Counted from the stretch's first letter, positions 22,573-31,881 are shown. The stretch is DNA of 64,000 bases from Candidatus Woesearchaeota archaeon (GCA_049700835.1 JBNAUL010000002.1:222999-286998), one strand, 5' to 3'. A program made the numbers and translations. Notes: generated by a model from the letters alone, not told the origin.

Positions 22573-23064
22573 ATGGCAAGGCCAAGCTGGGATGAATATT
22601 TTTTAGGAATAGTTGACAGTGTTGCTCAAAGAGCAACATGCGACAGGGGAAAATCTGGGTGCGTTGTTGTCAAGGACAAGAGAATTCTAACAACAGGATA
22701 TGTCGGGGCTCCTTCTGGACTTCCTCATTGCGATGAAGTCGGGCATATGCTCAGAAAGTCAGTAGACGAAAATGGCGAAATAAAATTGCACTGCGTTAGA
22801 ACAGTTCATGCAGAGCAGAATGCTATCTGCCAAGCAGCAAAGTTTGGAATTTCGCTGCAAGGAGCAACTATTTATTGCACAATGGTTCCCTGCTTTACCT
22901 GCGCAAAATTGATTGTTAATGTAGGAATTAAAAGGGTTGTTTGCAAGTTTAGGTATCATGCTGATAAAGACACAGTAGAATTGTTCAAAGAAGCAGGGGT
23001 TGAGCTTGAGGTAGTTAATGAAAAGGTTTTAGAATATGAGAACCAATCTTCAGGAAAGATTTAG
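22573..23064 (+). CDS. dCMP deaminase (ComEB family)
   Basis: RPSWDEYF, RATCDR, HAEQNAI, PCFTC zinc motifs; GGGTGA SD. Confidence 0.93.
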   Translation: MARPSWDEYFLGIVDSVAQRATCDRGKSGCVVVKDKRILTTGYVGAPSGLPHCDEVGHMLRKSVDENGEIKLHCVRTVHAEQNAICQAAKFGISLQGATIYCTMVPCFTCAKLIVNVGIKRVVCKFRYHADKDTVELFKEAGVELEVVNEKVLEYENQSSGKI

Positions 23065-23106
23065 TTTGAAAGATTAAAAAACTTTGAAGATTAAAAAACT
23101 AAAAAC

Positions 23107-23182
23107 TGGTGGGGCTGTTGGGATTTGAACCCAAGCCACTAGGTCCCGAACCTAGGATACTACCAAGTTATACTACAGCCCC
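23107..23182 (-). tRNA. tRNA-Pro(CGG) with encoded CCA
   Basis: Reverse complement GGGGCTGTAGTATAACTTGGTAGTATCCTAGGTTCGGGACCTAGTGGCTTGGGTTCAAATCCCAACAGCCCCACCA. Confidence 0.95.
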
Positions 23183-23394
23183 AAAACAATCGCAAAACAA
23201 TCAAAACGAATTAAAATGAATTCTTGATTTATATAAAAACTTTGTTCTTCAGAACAGAAGAAAAGAAGAGAGAGCAGCAAGAAGCACATGACAATCTCTG
23301 CTATACACATTGCTATGAAAACCATTATTGTTTCCACTAATTAATAACAAAAATAATAAAATTTAAATATGGATTTATAACTACACTTCATAAG

Positions 23395-24117
23395 ATGAAT
23401 GAAGACTATTCCCTTAGAGAAAGTGAGATTGAAGATTTTCTGAAAAGTTTTTGGAACGAAAAGGAAAAATACTTTTTAAGAAAACCTTACATTGTTGAGT
23501 TTGCAGGCCCTCCAAAATCAGGAAAATCAACTTTGATAGATTCCATAAAATACAAATTTAACGATTATGGGATTATACCTGAGGTTTCCATTGATTCTGT
23601 TGTAAAAAAAGAAGATAGTTTAGAGTACATTGTAAATTCACAAGCAAAAACAAGATTGAGATTACTAGAAGCAAAATGCAGGAGGAATGAAGAAATAATT
23701 TTTATTGACTGCGGAGCTTTCAGCGAGTTGGCATTGCTTGATGCGTATAAAAAGGATAAAAAGATAAAGAAGGAACAGGAATGGATTTACAAAAATTTGA
23801 GAAATCAGATACTTTTTGATTTTGTCTATGAGGATATGGTAATCTATGTGTGTATACCTTTGAAAGAAGAAAACAAGAGAATAGAAAACGAGGTTAAAAT
23901 ATTCAGCCATAAAAAAATGTATGAAAGGAGTATAATAAATCCTAAATTCATAGAAAAATTTAACTTAACTTATGAGAATGTTTATAAAAAAGAACTTATA
24001 GTTCAAAGATTAAAAGAAAAAATGAAATTTATAATGATTGAAGGAAGCAGAGCAGTGAATGAAAACATTGAAATAATAATGGAAGAGATAAAAAGCGAAT
24101 TCTACAATAAGGGTTAA
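23395..24117 (+). CDS. P-loop nucleoside/nucleotide kinase-like protein (thymidylate/deoxynucleoside kinase fold)
   Basis: VEFAGPPKSGKST Walker A, IPE, FIDCG; neighbours ThyX and dCMP deaminase. Confidence 0.6.
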   Translation: MNEDYSLRESEIEDFLKSFWNEKEKYFLRKPYIVEFAGPPKSGKSTLIDSIKYKFNDYGIIPEVSIDSVVKKEDSLEYIVNSQAKTRLRLLEAKCRRNEEIIFIDCGAFSELALLDAYKKDKKIKKEQEWIYKNLRNQILFDFVYEDMVIYVCIPLKEENKRIENEVKIFSHKKMYERSIINPKFIEKFNLTYENVYKKELIVQRLKEKMKFIMIEGSRAVNENIEIIMEEIKSEFYNKG

Positions 24118-24176
24118 AAAGCAAAAGCAAAAAGAAAAAAACATTTAAAGAGGCTAAAAAACTGAAATTAAAAAAA

Positions 24177-25691
24177 TTAAGCATAACCCTGTTTTGACTC
24201 AAGTTCAATCTCAACTTCTTCAAGTCCTGCCTTTTTGGCTTTAAGTTTTGGCAACTTCTTCTTGTAAATCAAATAGATTATGCAAGCAAAAACAAAACTG
24301 AAAAAACCTGTGATTGAAAAACCAATTCAAACCCCTAATGCTTTGAGCCTGAGAGTTATTGCTAAGAGATAAACTAAACCCAACTTGAAAACAAAATTGT
24401 GTGCAAAATTGATAACCATTGAAAGAAAGGCCTGTTTCAACCCTCTGAAAAAGCCAAGCAGTATGTTTCTGAAGAGAAGAAAAAATAGGAATGGAGCAAG
24501 CAATCTTAAAAACAAGGATGCATTTAAAACAACTTCAGGGTCGTTTGTGAATATTCTTACGATAAATCTTGAAAGGACAAAAACGATTACAATTATAACA
24601 GACATAAGTTTAACTCCTGTTTTAAATGCCTCTCTGATTGCTTCAAAAACCCTTTTTGAATTTCCTGCTCCAAAGTTCTGAGCCACAATAGTTGAAACAG
24701 CGACAGAAATTCCGTTTGCAGGCAGAGTTAGCAAACTGAACAACCTGCTTACAATTCCATAAGAAGCGATTGCTGTTGTCCCAAACAAGCTTACAATTCC
24801 AAGCAAGATAAAATTTCCAATGCTTATTGAACCATTATCCAGAAACAATGGAATTCCTAATTTAAGAATTTCCTTGATTGTGCCAAAGCATGGCTTCATT
24901 AAATTCAATCTTATTCTCAACCCATATGTTCCTTTTAGGAGATGATAAACAACTATAAGACTTATAACTCCCATGGAGAGCACTGTTGCGATTGCTGCTC
25001 CAAGAACTCCCATTCTTGGAAAAGGCCAAATTCCAAATATCATTAGTGGGTCTAAAAACACATTCAACAGAACTGAAAGTAAAACAAGTTTTAAAGTGGT
25101 TTTTGTGTCTCCAAGAGCCCTGAGAGCAGCTTCAAATATATAATATGGGAACATTATAAGAAATCCAATAAACATTGTTCTAAGGTATAAAACAGAATTC
25201 TGAAAAACCATTGGTTCTGTTGTGAAAAAACCTATAATTTTTTTCTGTGAAGAAAAAACCGAATATTGAGAAGAACAGTAATATCGAGAAGAGCAGTATG
25301 AATGTTTGCGAGAGTATTGTTTCCAATTCTTTTTTCCAGGACTTTTGTTGCTGCCTCTTTTGCTGCTTTTGTTTTTGCTTTGCATTAAAGTTCTTTCCAG
25401 CAGAATGCGCCATCAGTATTGAACCACCTATTCCTATTCCAGAGGATAATGAAATGGTTAAAAAGATTATTGGAAAGCTCAGAGTAACAGAAGCAATTGC
25501 ATAACTTCCTAATCTTCCAACCCAAAAGTGTCTGTAAGATTATAGAATGTCTGCAGCAAACTTAAAAACATTACAGGCAAAGCCAATCTTACCAATATCT
25601 TTTTTAGTTTTTCATTGAGAACTCCATTTATTTTGTCTTCAAGAACCTTGTTGGCAGAATATTTTGCTCTTTTTACTTTTTCATCAGACAT
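24177..25691 (-). pseudogene. MATE family efflux transporter, disrupted
   Basis: LALP..YNLTDT, GDTKT, N.FLDP, GVLGAAIAT motifs; 1-nt deletion at 25524-25527, 1-nt insertion at 25238-25244, and in-frame TGA at 24327-24329 where LGVW is expected; frame continues to TAA at 24177. Confidence 0.85.
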
Positions 25692-25752
25692 AGAATATTT
25701 TGAACAAAGAACCTATTTAAAAATCTATTTATCTTATTTTTTCATTTTTGAG

Positions 25753-25836
25753 TGCGGGGGAAGGGATTTGAACCCTTGAACCCACTTAGGGACTAGGCCC
25801 TGAACCTAGCGCATTTGGCCACTTTGCTACCCCCGC
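25753..25836 (-). tRNA. tRNA-Leu(CAG)
   Basis: Reverse complement GCGGGGGTAGCAAAGTGGCCAAATGCGCTAGGTTCAGGGCCTAGTCCCTAAGTGGGTTCAAGGGTTCAAATCCCTTCCCCCGCA, with long variable arm. Confidence 0.95.
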
Positions 25837-25866
25837 AAATAACAAGCAGTCATAGCATTTTGATTG

Positions 25867-26457
25867 TCATGCAAAAAACATTCCTTTTATTCCCTGAACT
25901 ATGAACTCAACCGCAATCGCTGTCAAGACCAAACCCATCAACCTTGAAAGAATTTCGTTTCCCTGCTTCCCTAAAAATTTGTAGATGATGTTTGAGTAAT
26001 AAAATATTATAAAAGTCATTAGCAGGCTGAGCCCTGCTGCAATCAATGCAATGAATTTGCCATAATGTATGACTATTATTATAGCTGAAGTTATAACCCC
26101 TGGGCCAGTTATTAGAGGAGTTGCCAAAGGAACTGCTGCAATGCTATATCCGAGCAAAGATTCTCTTGTAATCCTCAAATCCAAAACATACTCAATTCCC
26201 ATTATGAGCAAGATTATTCCTCCTGCTATTCTGAAACTGTTGAGCGAAATTCCAAAAAATTCAAGTATCTTGCCTCCAAAAAAAATAAAGAGCAGCAGTA
26301 TGAATGCTGCGATACTAACTGCCTTTTTTATTGTGTTCCTTCTTTCAAAAACAGATTGTTTCTTTGTCAAACTCATTAGTATGGTTATTCCTCCGAATGG
26401 GTCCATTATGACAAATATTGAAAGGAAGGCCTTCATTATGGAATAATAATCCAACAT
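25867..26457 (-). CDS. MarC family membrane protein
   Basis: IMDPFG, FRIAGGIIL, VPLATPLITGPG, SRLMGLVL. Confidence 0.92.
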   Translation of the reverse strand: MLDYYSIMKAFLSIFVIMDPFGGITILMSLTKKQSVFERRNTIKKAVSIAAFILLLFIFFGGKILEFFGISLNSFRIAGGIILLIMGIEYVLDLRITRESLLGYSIAAVPLATPLITGPGVITSAIIIVIHYGKFIALIAAGLSLLMTFIIFYYSNIIYKFLGKQGNEILSRLMGLVLTAIAVEFIVQGIKGMFFA

Positions 26458-26634
26458 TTCAAGCACCTTTTACAGCACCTTTTTATTTTTAATTTGATTT
26501 TTATTGTTTCTCAAAGCAACCAATCATTAATTTAAATATGTTTTGCAAATATGTTTTGTAGCATAAAAAAGTTTTTAAATGCTTTTGTTTTAAATAAAAA
26601 TTTCCTTTTTCAAATTTAATTTGAGGGTGGTTTT

Positions 26635-28020
26635 GTGAAGTTTTATGAAGTTGTAATTATTGGCTCTGGACCTGCTGGCCTGTTCTGCGCATTACACTTA
26701 TCTGAAAATGCAAGAGGCATTAAAGAATTGAATCCTAAAATTTTATTAGTAGAGAAAAATAGTTTTTTAGGAGGGCTTGGCGCGAGAACAGACGGAAAAC
26801 TAAACCTGAGCACAGAGATTGGAATGGACCTCAATGAGTTGCAGATTAAAAAGGAGTTTGCAGAAAAAATAATAGATTACATTGACAGTTGTTTTAATTC
26901 AGAACAAAATTTTGAACTCACAGGATTAAATGAAATTGAAATCAATCATTGGAACGAAAAGCTCAGCAAGGAAGGCTTAGTTCTGATTTCTGCAAGGCAA
27001 AGACATATGGGAACTGACAGAACCATTAAGGTAATGAAGAACTTTGAGAAAACGCTAATAGAAAACAATGTTGAAATTTGGTTTAACAAGGAAGTCGTTG
27101 ACATAAAGAGAAACAACTGGCTGTTCAACATAATATTCAAGGACGAAATCGTTTGTTGCAGGTATGTTGTCGTTGCTCCTGGACGTTCTGGCTCTTATTG
27201 GTTTAGGGATGTTGCAAACAATTTAGGCGTTGATTGGAAATATGGGCACATAGACATAGGGTTAAGAGTAGAGTTTGATGCAAAGATTTTTGAAGAGATA
27301 ACAAAAGTGATATATGACCCAAAAATAAAGTATACAACATCATCTCATGGCGACAAGGTAAGAACATTCTGCACAAACCCTAGAGGTTTTGTAACTGTTG
27401 AAGAGTTGGACGGATTCAAACTTGTCAATGGGCACGCTTTCAGCAACAAAAAATCAGAAAACACCAATCTTGCAATACTACAAACAATAGGACTGCACGC
27501 GCCTTTTGCAGACACCACCATGTACGGCAGAAACTTGGCAAAGAATGTCAATCTTTTGGGTGGGAATAAGCCGCTGCTTCAGAGATTAGGAGACCTTCAA
27601 AGAGGAAGAAGAACAAAGTATGAAAGGTTTTATGATTATGGAAATTTAGAACCTACGATAAGCTATGGCAATGGAAGCACTGAAATAAAAGGCGCTGTTA
27701 CTTTGGGTGATATTTCAATGGTTTATTCAAAGAGATTGTTGGACAACTTGCTTGAATTTCTAAGCAAGCTTGACAAGGTTTTCCCTGGAATAATGCATCC
27801 GCAAACATTGATATATGCTCCTGAAATAAAGTTCTATGACACTGTTTATAATACCAACAAATTTTTAGAAACAAATATACCAAATCTATTTGTTGCTGGT
27901 GATGGCGTTGGAAAGTCAAGAGGAATTGTCGGAGCTGCACTGACAGGAGTCTTAGCATCCTTGGGAATAATCTCAAAATTCAAAAGTTTAAGTTTAGAGG
28001 AACTTGAAAGTTTGGTTTGA
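26635..28020 (+). CDS. Uncharacterised FAD-dependent oxidoreductase (COG2509-like)
   Basis: GSGPAG Rossmann motif, DGKL, HMGTD, VRTFCTNP, VNGH, PEIKFY, GDGVG.SRG. Confidence 0.85.
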   Translation: MKFYEVVIIGSGPAGLFCALHLSENARGIKELNPKILLVEKNSFLGGLGARTDGKLNLSTEIGMDLNELQIKKEFAEKIIDYIDSCFNSEQNFELTGLNEIEINHWNEKLSKEGLVLISARQRHMGTDRTIKVMKNFEKTLIENNVEIWFNKEVVDIKRNNWLFNIIFKDEIVCCRYVVVAPGRSGSYWFRDVANNLGVDWKYGHIDIGLRVEFDAKIFEEITKVIYDPKIKYTTSSHGDKVRTFCTNPRGFVTVEELDGFKLVNGHAFSNKKSENTNLAILQTIGLHAPFADTTMYGRNLAKNVNLLGGNKPLLQRLGDLQRGRRTKYERFYDYGNLEPTISYGNGSTEIKGAVTLGDISMVYSKRLLDNLLEFLSKLDKVFPGIMHPQTLIYAPEIKFYDTVYNTNKFLETNIPNLFVAGDGVGKSRGIVGAALTGVLASLGIISKFKSLSLEELESLV

Positions 28021-28022
28021 AG

Positions 28023-29537
28023 ATGGCATCAAAAAATCAGGAAAAAGACCAAGAAGAATTCATCAATAAGTTATTCCAAGAATTTAAGATAATTGCTGTT
28101 GTGTGCAATCAATGGGGCGATACTGGTAAGGGAAAGATTGTTGATTTGTTCAGCAAGGAAGCAAATGTTGTGATAAGAGGCAACGGTGGAAGCAATGCAG
28201 GCCATACTATAAAAGTAGGTAATAAAGAAATAGTATTGCATCTGATTCCTTCAGGCATACTCCATGAAAACAAGTTGAACATCATTGGGAGAGGAGTTGC
28301 AGTTGAACTTGAAGAATTGGTGAATGAAATTGAATATCTAAAAAACAACGGCATAGATGTTAATAAAAAAAATTTAATGATTGATGGGAATGCAAAGATT
28401 GTTCTTCCATGGCATAAATTCTTGGACTCTTTTTCAGAACTAAGCAGGAAGATTGGAACCACAAAGAAAGGCATAGGTTACTGCATTGCAGACCATTATT
28501 TGAGGATAGGGCTTACTGTAAATGATTTGTACTCAAGCAATTTAGAGGAAAAATTGAGGGATAACTTTGAGCATCACAGAGCAAAGATTTCAGAAATACG
28601 GGCCAAAATTGGAAGTGAGGAAATGCGAGATTTCTTTGAGAATAAGAGCAAAAATGATTTTTATGATGAAAAAGAATTATTCAGCACAAAGAAAGTTTCA
28701 AGAAAGCTAAGAAGTATTGGAGATGCAGTTAGGGATTTTGTTGGAAAGACAGAGAACGCTTTTTCAGAGAAAAAGAAAATTTTATTGGAAGGCGCTCAGG
28801 GCTTATTGCTTAGCGTTGATTACGGAACAACCCTTTCAAAGACAAGTTCTGAAACATCGTATGTTGGATTAGCAAACGGCTGTTCATTAAACCCGAATGA
28901 TGTTGGATTTGTGATAGGCATTGTCAAAGCTTACATGACAAGGGTTGGCAATGGCCCTTTCCCTACCGAGTTTGGCTCTAAAAAATCAGAAGATTACTGC
29001 TCTGTTGCTAAAAAAGAAGATGAAGAAAAATTGGCTCTCGATGAATTAAATTTGGAAGACGAATTTGAATTCGGAATCTACATAAGGAAAAAAGGAAACG
29101 AGTATGGAGCTACTACTGCGAGGCCGAGAAGAACAGGATGGCTTGATTTAGTTGCTTTAAATTATGCTGTTAATTACAACGGACCTTACATAGTAATAAC
29201 AAAAGCTGATATCCTATCAAACCTGAAAGAAATAAAAACCTGCATTTACTACACTTACATAGGAGAGGAAAGATTTTATAATGGAAATGAAATAAAAAAG
29301 AACGATGTTTTTAAAGAATTCATACTTGAATCCGATATTTTAAGGGAGTGCGTTCCTAATTACAAAATTTTTAAGGGATGGAGCAAGGATATTTCAAAAA
29401 TTTCAAATAAGAAAGAAATTCCAAAGGAACTAAATGAATTTTTAGAATTCATTAAAGAATTTTCAGGTGCAAGAATAATTATGCTCTCTCTTTCTCCTGA
29501 AAGATACAACAATGTTATATATGAAAATTTATTCTAA
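28023..29537 (+). CDS. purA: Adenylosuccinate synthetase (divergent)
   Basis: QWGDTGKGK, GGSNAGHT, GTTKKGIG, EGAQG, TRVGNGPFPTE, GATTARPRR, TKAD. Confidence 0.9.
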   Translation: MASKNQEKDQEEFINKLFQEFKIIAVVCNQWGDTGKGKIVDLFSKEANVVIRGNGGSNAGHTIKVGNKEIVLHLIPSGILHENKLNIIGRGVAVELEELVNEIEYLKNNGIDVNKKNLMIDGNAKIVLPWHKFLDSFSELSRKIGTTKKGIGYCIADHYLRIGLTVNDLYSSNLEEKLRDNFEHHRAKISEIRAKIGSEEMRDFFENKSKNDFYDEKELFSTKKVSRKLRSIGDAVRDFVGKTENAFSEKKKILLEGAQGLLLSVDYGTTLSKTSSETSYVGLANGCSLNPNDVGFVIGIVKAYMTRVGNGPFPTEFGSKKSEDYCSVAKKEDEEKLALDELNLEDEFEFGIYIRKKGNEYGATTARPRRTGWLDLVALNYAVNYNGPYIVITKADILSNLKEIKTCIYYTYIGEERFYNGNEIKKNDVFKEFILESDILRECVPNYKIFKGWSKDISKISNKKEIPKELNEFLEFIKEFSGARIIMLSLSPERYNNVIYENLF

Positions 29538-29577
29538 AAAACAAACATTTATAAAAAGAAAAATTCTCTTTTTAAGC

Positions 29578-30102
29578 ATGAAAAAGGAAGTTGTTCTAAA
29601 GATTAAAAGATTGGACAAAGGACTTGAAATTCCTAAATACATAAACGAAACAGATGCAGGGCTTGATTTAAGGGCAGCAAAAGATGTAGTGATAAAACCT
29701 CATGAACAAAAAACAGTTAATTGCGGAATTGTCATTGAAATTCCAGAAGGCTGTGTTGGGTATCTAAAAGACAGGGCAGGAATTGTTACTAAAATGAATG
29801 TCCATGTAGTTGCAGGAACAATAGACTCTGGCTATAGAGGAGAGGTTTCTGTTGTCCTCTTCAATTTAGGAGAAAGGGAAGCAATGATTGAAAGAGGAAT
29901 GAGAATTGCTCAAATGATAATAATACCTGTAATAAGGGTTAAAATTCAAGAGATTGACAGCGTAAGTAAGACAAAGAGGAGCAACAGGGGATTTGGAAGT
30001 ACAGGAATTAAGGAAATAAGCAGCGAGAAATTTGAAGAGGTTGAAACAGAATTGAATAAACTCTACGAAGAAGGTATTAAGAACAGCAAGTTGCGTAAGT
30101 AG
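29578..30102 (+). CDS. dut: Trimeric dUTPase
   Basis: DAGLDL, GTIDSGYRGE, RIAQ, R..RGFGSTG motifs. Confidence 0.92.
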   Translation: MKKEVVLKIKRLDKGLEIPKYINETDAGLDLRAAKDVVIKPHEQKTVNCGIVIEIPEGCVGYLKDRAGIVTKMNVHVVAGTIDSGYRGEVSVVLFNLGEREAMIERGMRIAQMIIIPVIRVKIQEIDSVSKTKRSNRGFGSTGIKEISSEKFEEVETELNKLYEEGIKNSKLRK

Positions 30103-30267
30103 GACAGAGCATAAAAATCTTAAAAGAAAAAAACAAGGTTGCATGAAAAAGCAGTCAATGAACCTTTAAAGCATAAATCAGTTTATTTAACAAAAAGTGT
30201 TCTCAAAAAAATTTAATCAATTCTCAATGGAAAAATTTAAATAGTGCTTCTAAACACTTTCAGAGGC

Positions 30268-30459
30268 ATGGGAAGAATAAAAACAGCGATGATTAAAAGA
30301 ATCAGTGAAGAAATATATGAAAAGTATAAGGAAAAGGTAAGCAAAGATTACGAACAGAACAAGTTACTAGTAGAAAGTTTGATAAGCAACAATTCAAAAA
30401 AGCTTAGAAACACAATAGCAGGCTATGTTACAAGGCTAGCAAAGAAAGGAGAAATATAA
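30268..30459 (+). CDS. rps17e: 30S ribosomal protein S17e
   Basis: MGRIKT..IKR, SKKLRNTIAGYVTR. Confidence 0.95.
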   Translation: MGRIKTAMIKRISEEIYEKYKEKVSKDYEQNKLLVESLISNNSKKLRNTIAGYVTRLAKKGEI

Positions 30460-30500
30460 AAAAATTAGAAAAGACAAAAAGAACAAGGAGGGTGGTTTAA

Positions 30501-30782
30501 ATGGCAGCAGACAACTCAATATTTGTCGGCAACAAACCGTTTATGAACTATGTAACAGCAGTTGTGATGCAATTCACAACAAAGAATGTGCCTGAAGTGA
30601 CAGTAAAGGCAAGAGGAAAGTTTATCAGCAGAGCTGTAGATGTCGCAGAGGTTGCAATGAAAAGGTTCTTGAACAACCAAGTGAAGGTGAAAGAGATAAA
30701 GATTGACTCAGAAGAGTTTGAGAACAAGGAAGGAAAACAGGTAAGGGTTTCAACAATCGATATAACCCTTTCAAAGAAATAA
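30501..30782 (+). CDS. albA: DNA/RNA-binding protein Alba
   Basis: VGNKPFMNYV, KARGKFISRAVDVAE, VSTIDI; GGAGGGTG SD. Confidence 0.96.
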   Translation: MAADNSIFVGNKPFMNYVTAVVMQFTTKNVPEVTVKARGKFISRAVDVAEVAMKRFLNNQVKVKEIKIDSEEFENKEGKQVRVSTIDITLSKK

Positions 30783-30894
30783 AATCAGATTTTGCATTTT
30801 TCTTTTTATTTATTTTTAATTTGATTTCTTAAATTTTATGAATAATTTTAAATACTTCTAATAATAAAATCATCTAATCAATTTTGCTAATTTT

Positions 30895-30967
30895 GGGCCT
30901 GTAGCATAATCAGGAAGTGCATCCGGCTTCGGACCGGACTATCAGGGTTCAAATCCCTGCAGGCCCG
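30895..30967 (+). tRNA. tRNA-Arg(TCG)
   Basis: GGGCCTGTAGCATAATCAGGAAGTGCATCCGGCTTCGGACCGGACTATCAGGGTTCAAATCCCTGCAGGCCCG cloverleaf; anticodon arm TCCGG-CTTCGGA-CCGGA. Confidence 0.95.
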
Positions 30968-31107
30968 TAAAGGGACTGCAGACCAGGAATGACTAAAAGG
31001 AATGACGCTGCCTGCAGGCCCGTAAAGGGACTGCAGACCAGGAATGACTAAAAGGAATGACGCTGCCTGCAGGCCCGTAAGGAATTGGAGACTAATAATG
31101 AGTGAAA
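30956..31107 (+). repeat. 55-bp tandem repeat containing the last 12 nt of tRNA-Arg(TCG): two exact units plus a degenerate third
   Basis: CCTGCAGGCCCGTAA begins at 30956, 31011 and 31066; the first two 55-bp units are identical. Confidence 0.95.
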
Positions 31108-31223
31108 TTTAAAATAATAAAAAATTAGAAAAATTAATATACCATTTATTTTAGTTTTTTTAAATAATAATATTTTATAGTACAATTAATTTATTACATA
31201 GGTATAGTTTATTTATGATTTAT

Positions 31224-31296
31224 GGCGGTAGTGGCGTAATGGTTAGCGTGGAGGCCTGTGGAGCCTCAGGAGGGGGTTCGATTCCCCCCTACCGCC
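31224..31296 (+). tRNA. tRNA-His(GTG) with encoded G-1
   Basis: GGCGGTAGTGGCGTAATGGTTAGCGTGGAGGCCTGTGGAGCCTCAGGAGGGGGTTCGATTCCCCCCTACCGCC; G-1:C73 pair. Confidence 0.95.
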
Positions 31297-31881
31297 CTAA
31301 TAATTAAAATTGTATCTGCTCTTATTGTTGAAGAATGTTTTTTTGATAACAAGTTCTCCTTCCAATCTTATAGAATATTCGTGCTTAATTCCTATGTTTT
31401 GATCCTTGTCTGAGAAAACAAAATAGAGAATGTTTCTCTTTAAAGAGTATCCAAAACCGCTAACATTGGTTTCAAGCCCATTTTCTTCAAGCGCTTTGTT
31501 TGTTATTCTTGCAATTTCCTTTTCAAGCGTCAAGATTGTTTGCTTCAAAATCTTTGATATTATTACTTCAATATGCTCTGCTGAATTTCTATCATTGATC
31601 AAGCTCTCCAAGTTAAAATGAGGAATCTTGTTTTGAGTTATCATTTCATTGCTCTTTAATGAAATCTCTTCTTTTATTTCTTTTTTTTCATCAAGAAGTT
31701 TTTTATGATATTCAATGAATTTGTTTGGAATTGCCTGCATTCCTTTAACAACAGCATAATACTGAAAAGAATTATTTATTTGAGTTTTGATTATTGGAAC
31801 TCTTGAATTAAAATAAATTTCATTTGGTTTTTTAAAATTATATTCTATGCTCAAACCCTTGTTTTGATTAACTTCTTCCAT
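31297..31881 (-). CDS. Hypothetical protein
   Basis: About 195-aa ORF downstream of purB; stop codon abuts the tRNA-His 3' end. Confidence 0.6.
   Translation of the reverse strand: MEEVNQNKGLSIEYNFKKPNEIYFNSRVPIIKTQINNSFQYYAVVKGMQAIPNKFIEYHKKLLDEKKEIKEEISLKSNEMITQNKIPHFNLESLINDRNSAEHIEVIISKILKQTILTLEKEIARITNKALEENGLETNVSGFGYSLKRNILYFVFSDKDQNIGIKHEYSIRLEGELVIKKTFFNNKSRYNFNY

Noticed and set aside
24327..24329. TGA reassigned to Trp
   Set aside because: TGA ends intact conserved genes here (e.g. metK, purB, trmI), and the MATE gene has other lesions.
28023..29537. PurZ (2-aminoadenine pathway)
   Set aside because: It retains the PurA Asp in GD.GKG, the Arg in TT.RPRR and the GTP-type TK.D motif; no mazZ/datZ-like neighbours were recognised.
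30956..31107. tRNA-linked arrays as CRISPR
   Set aside because: Units within an array are identical with no unique spacers, and there are no cas genes in the window.
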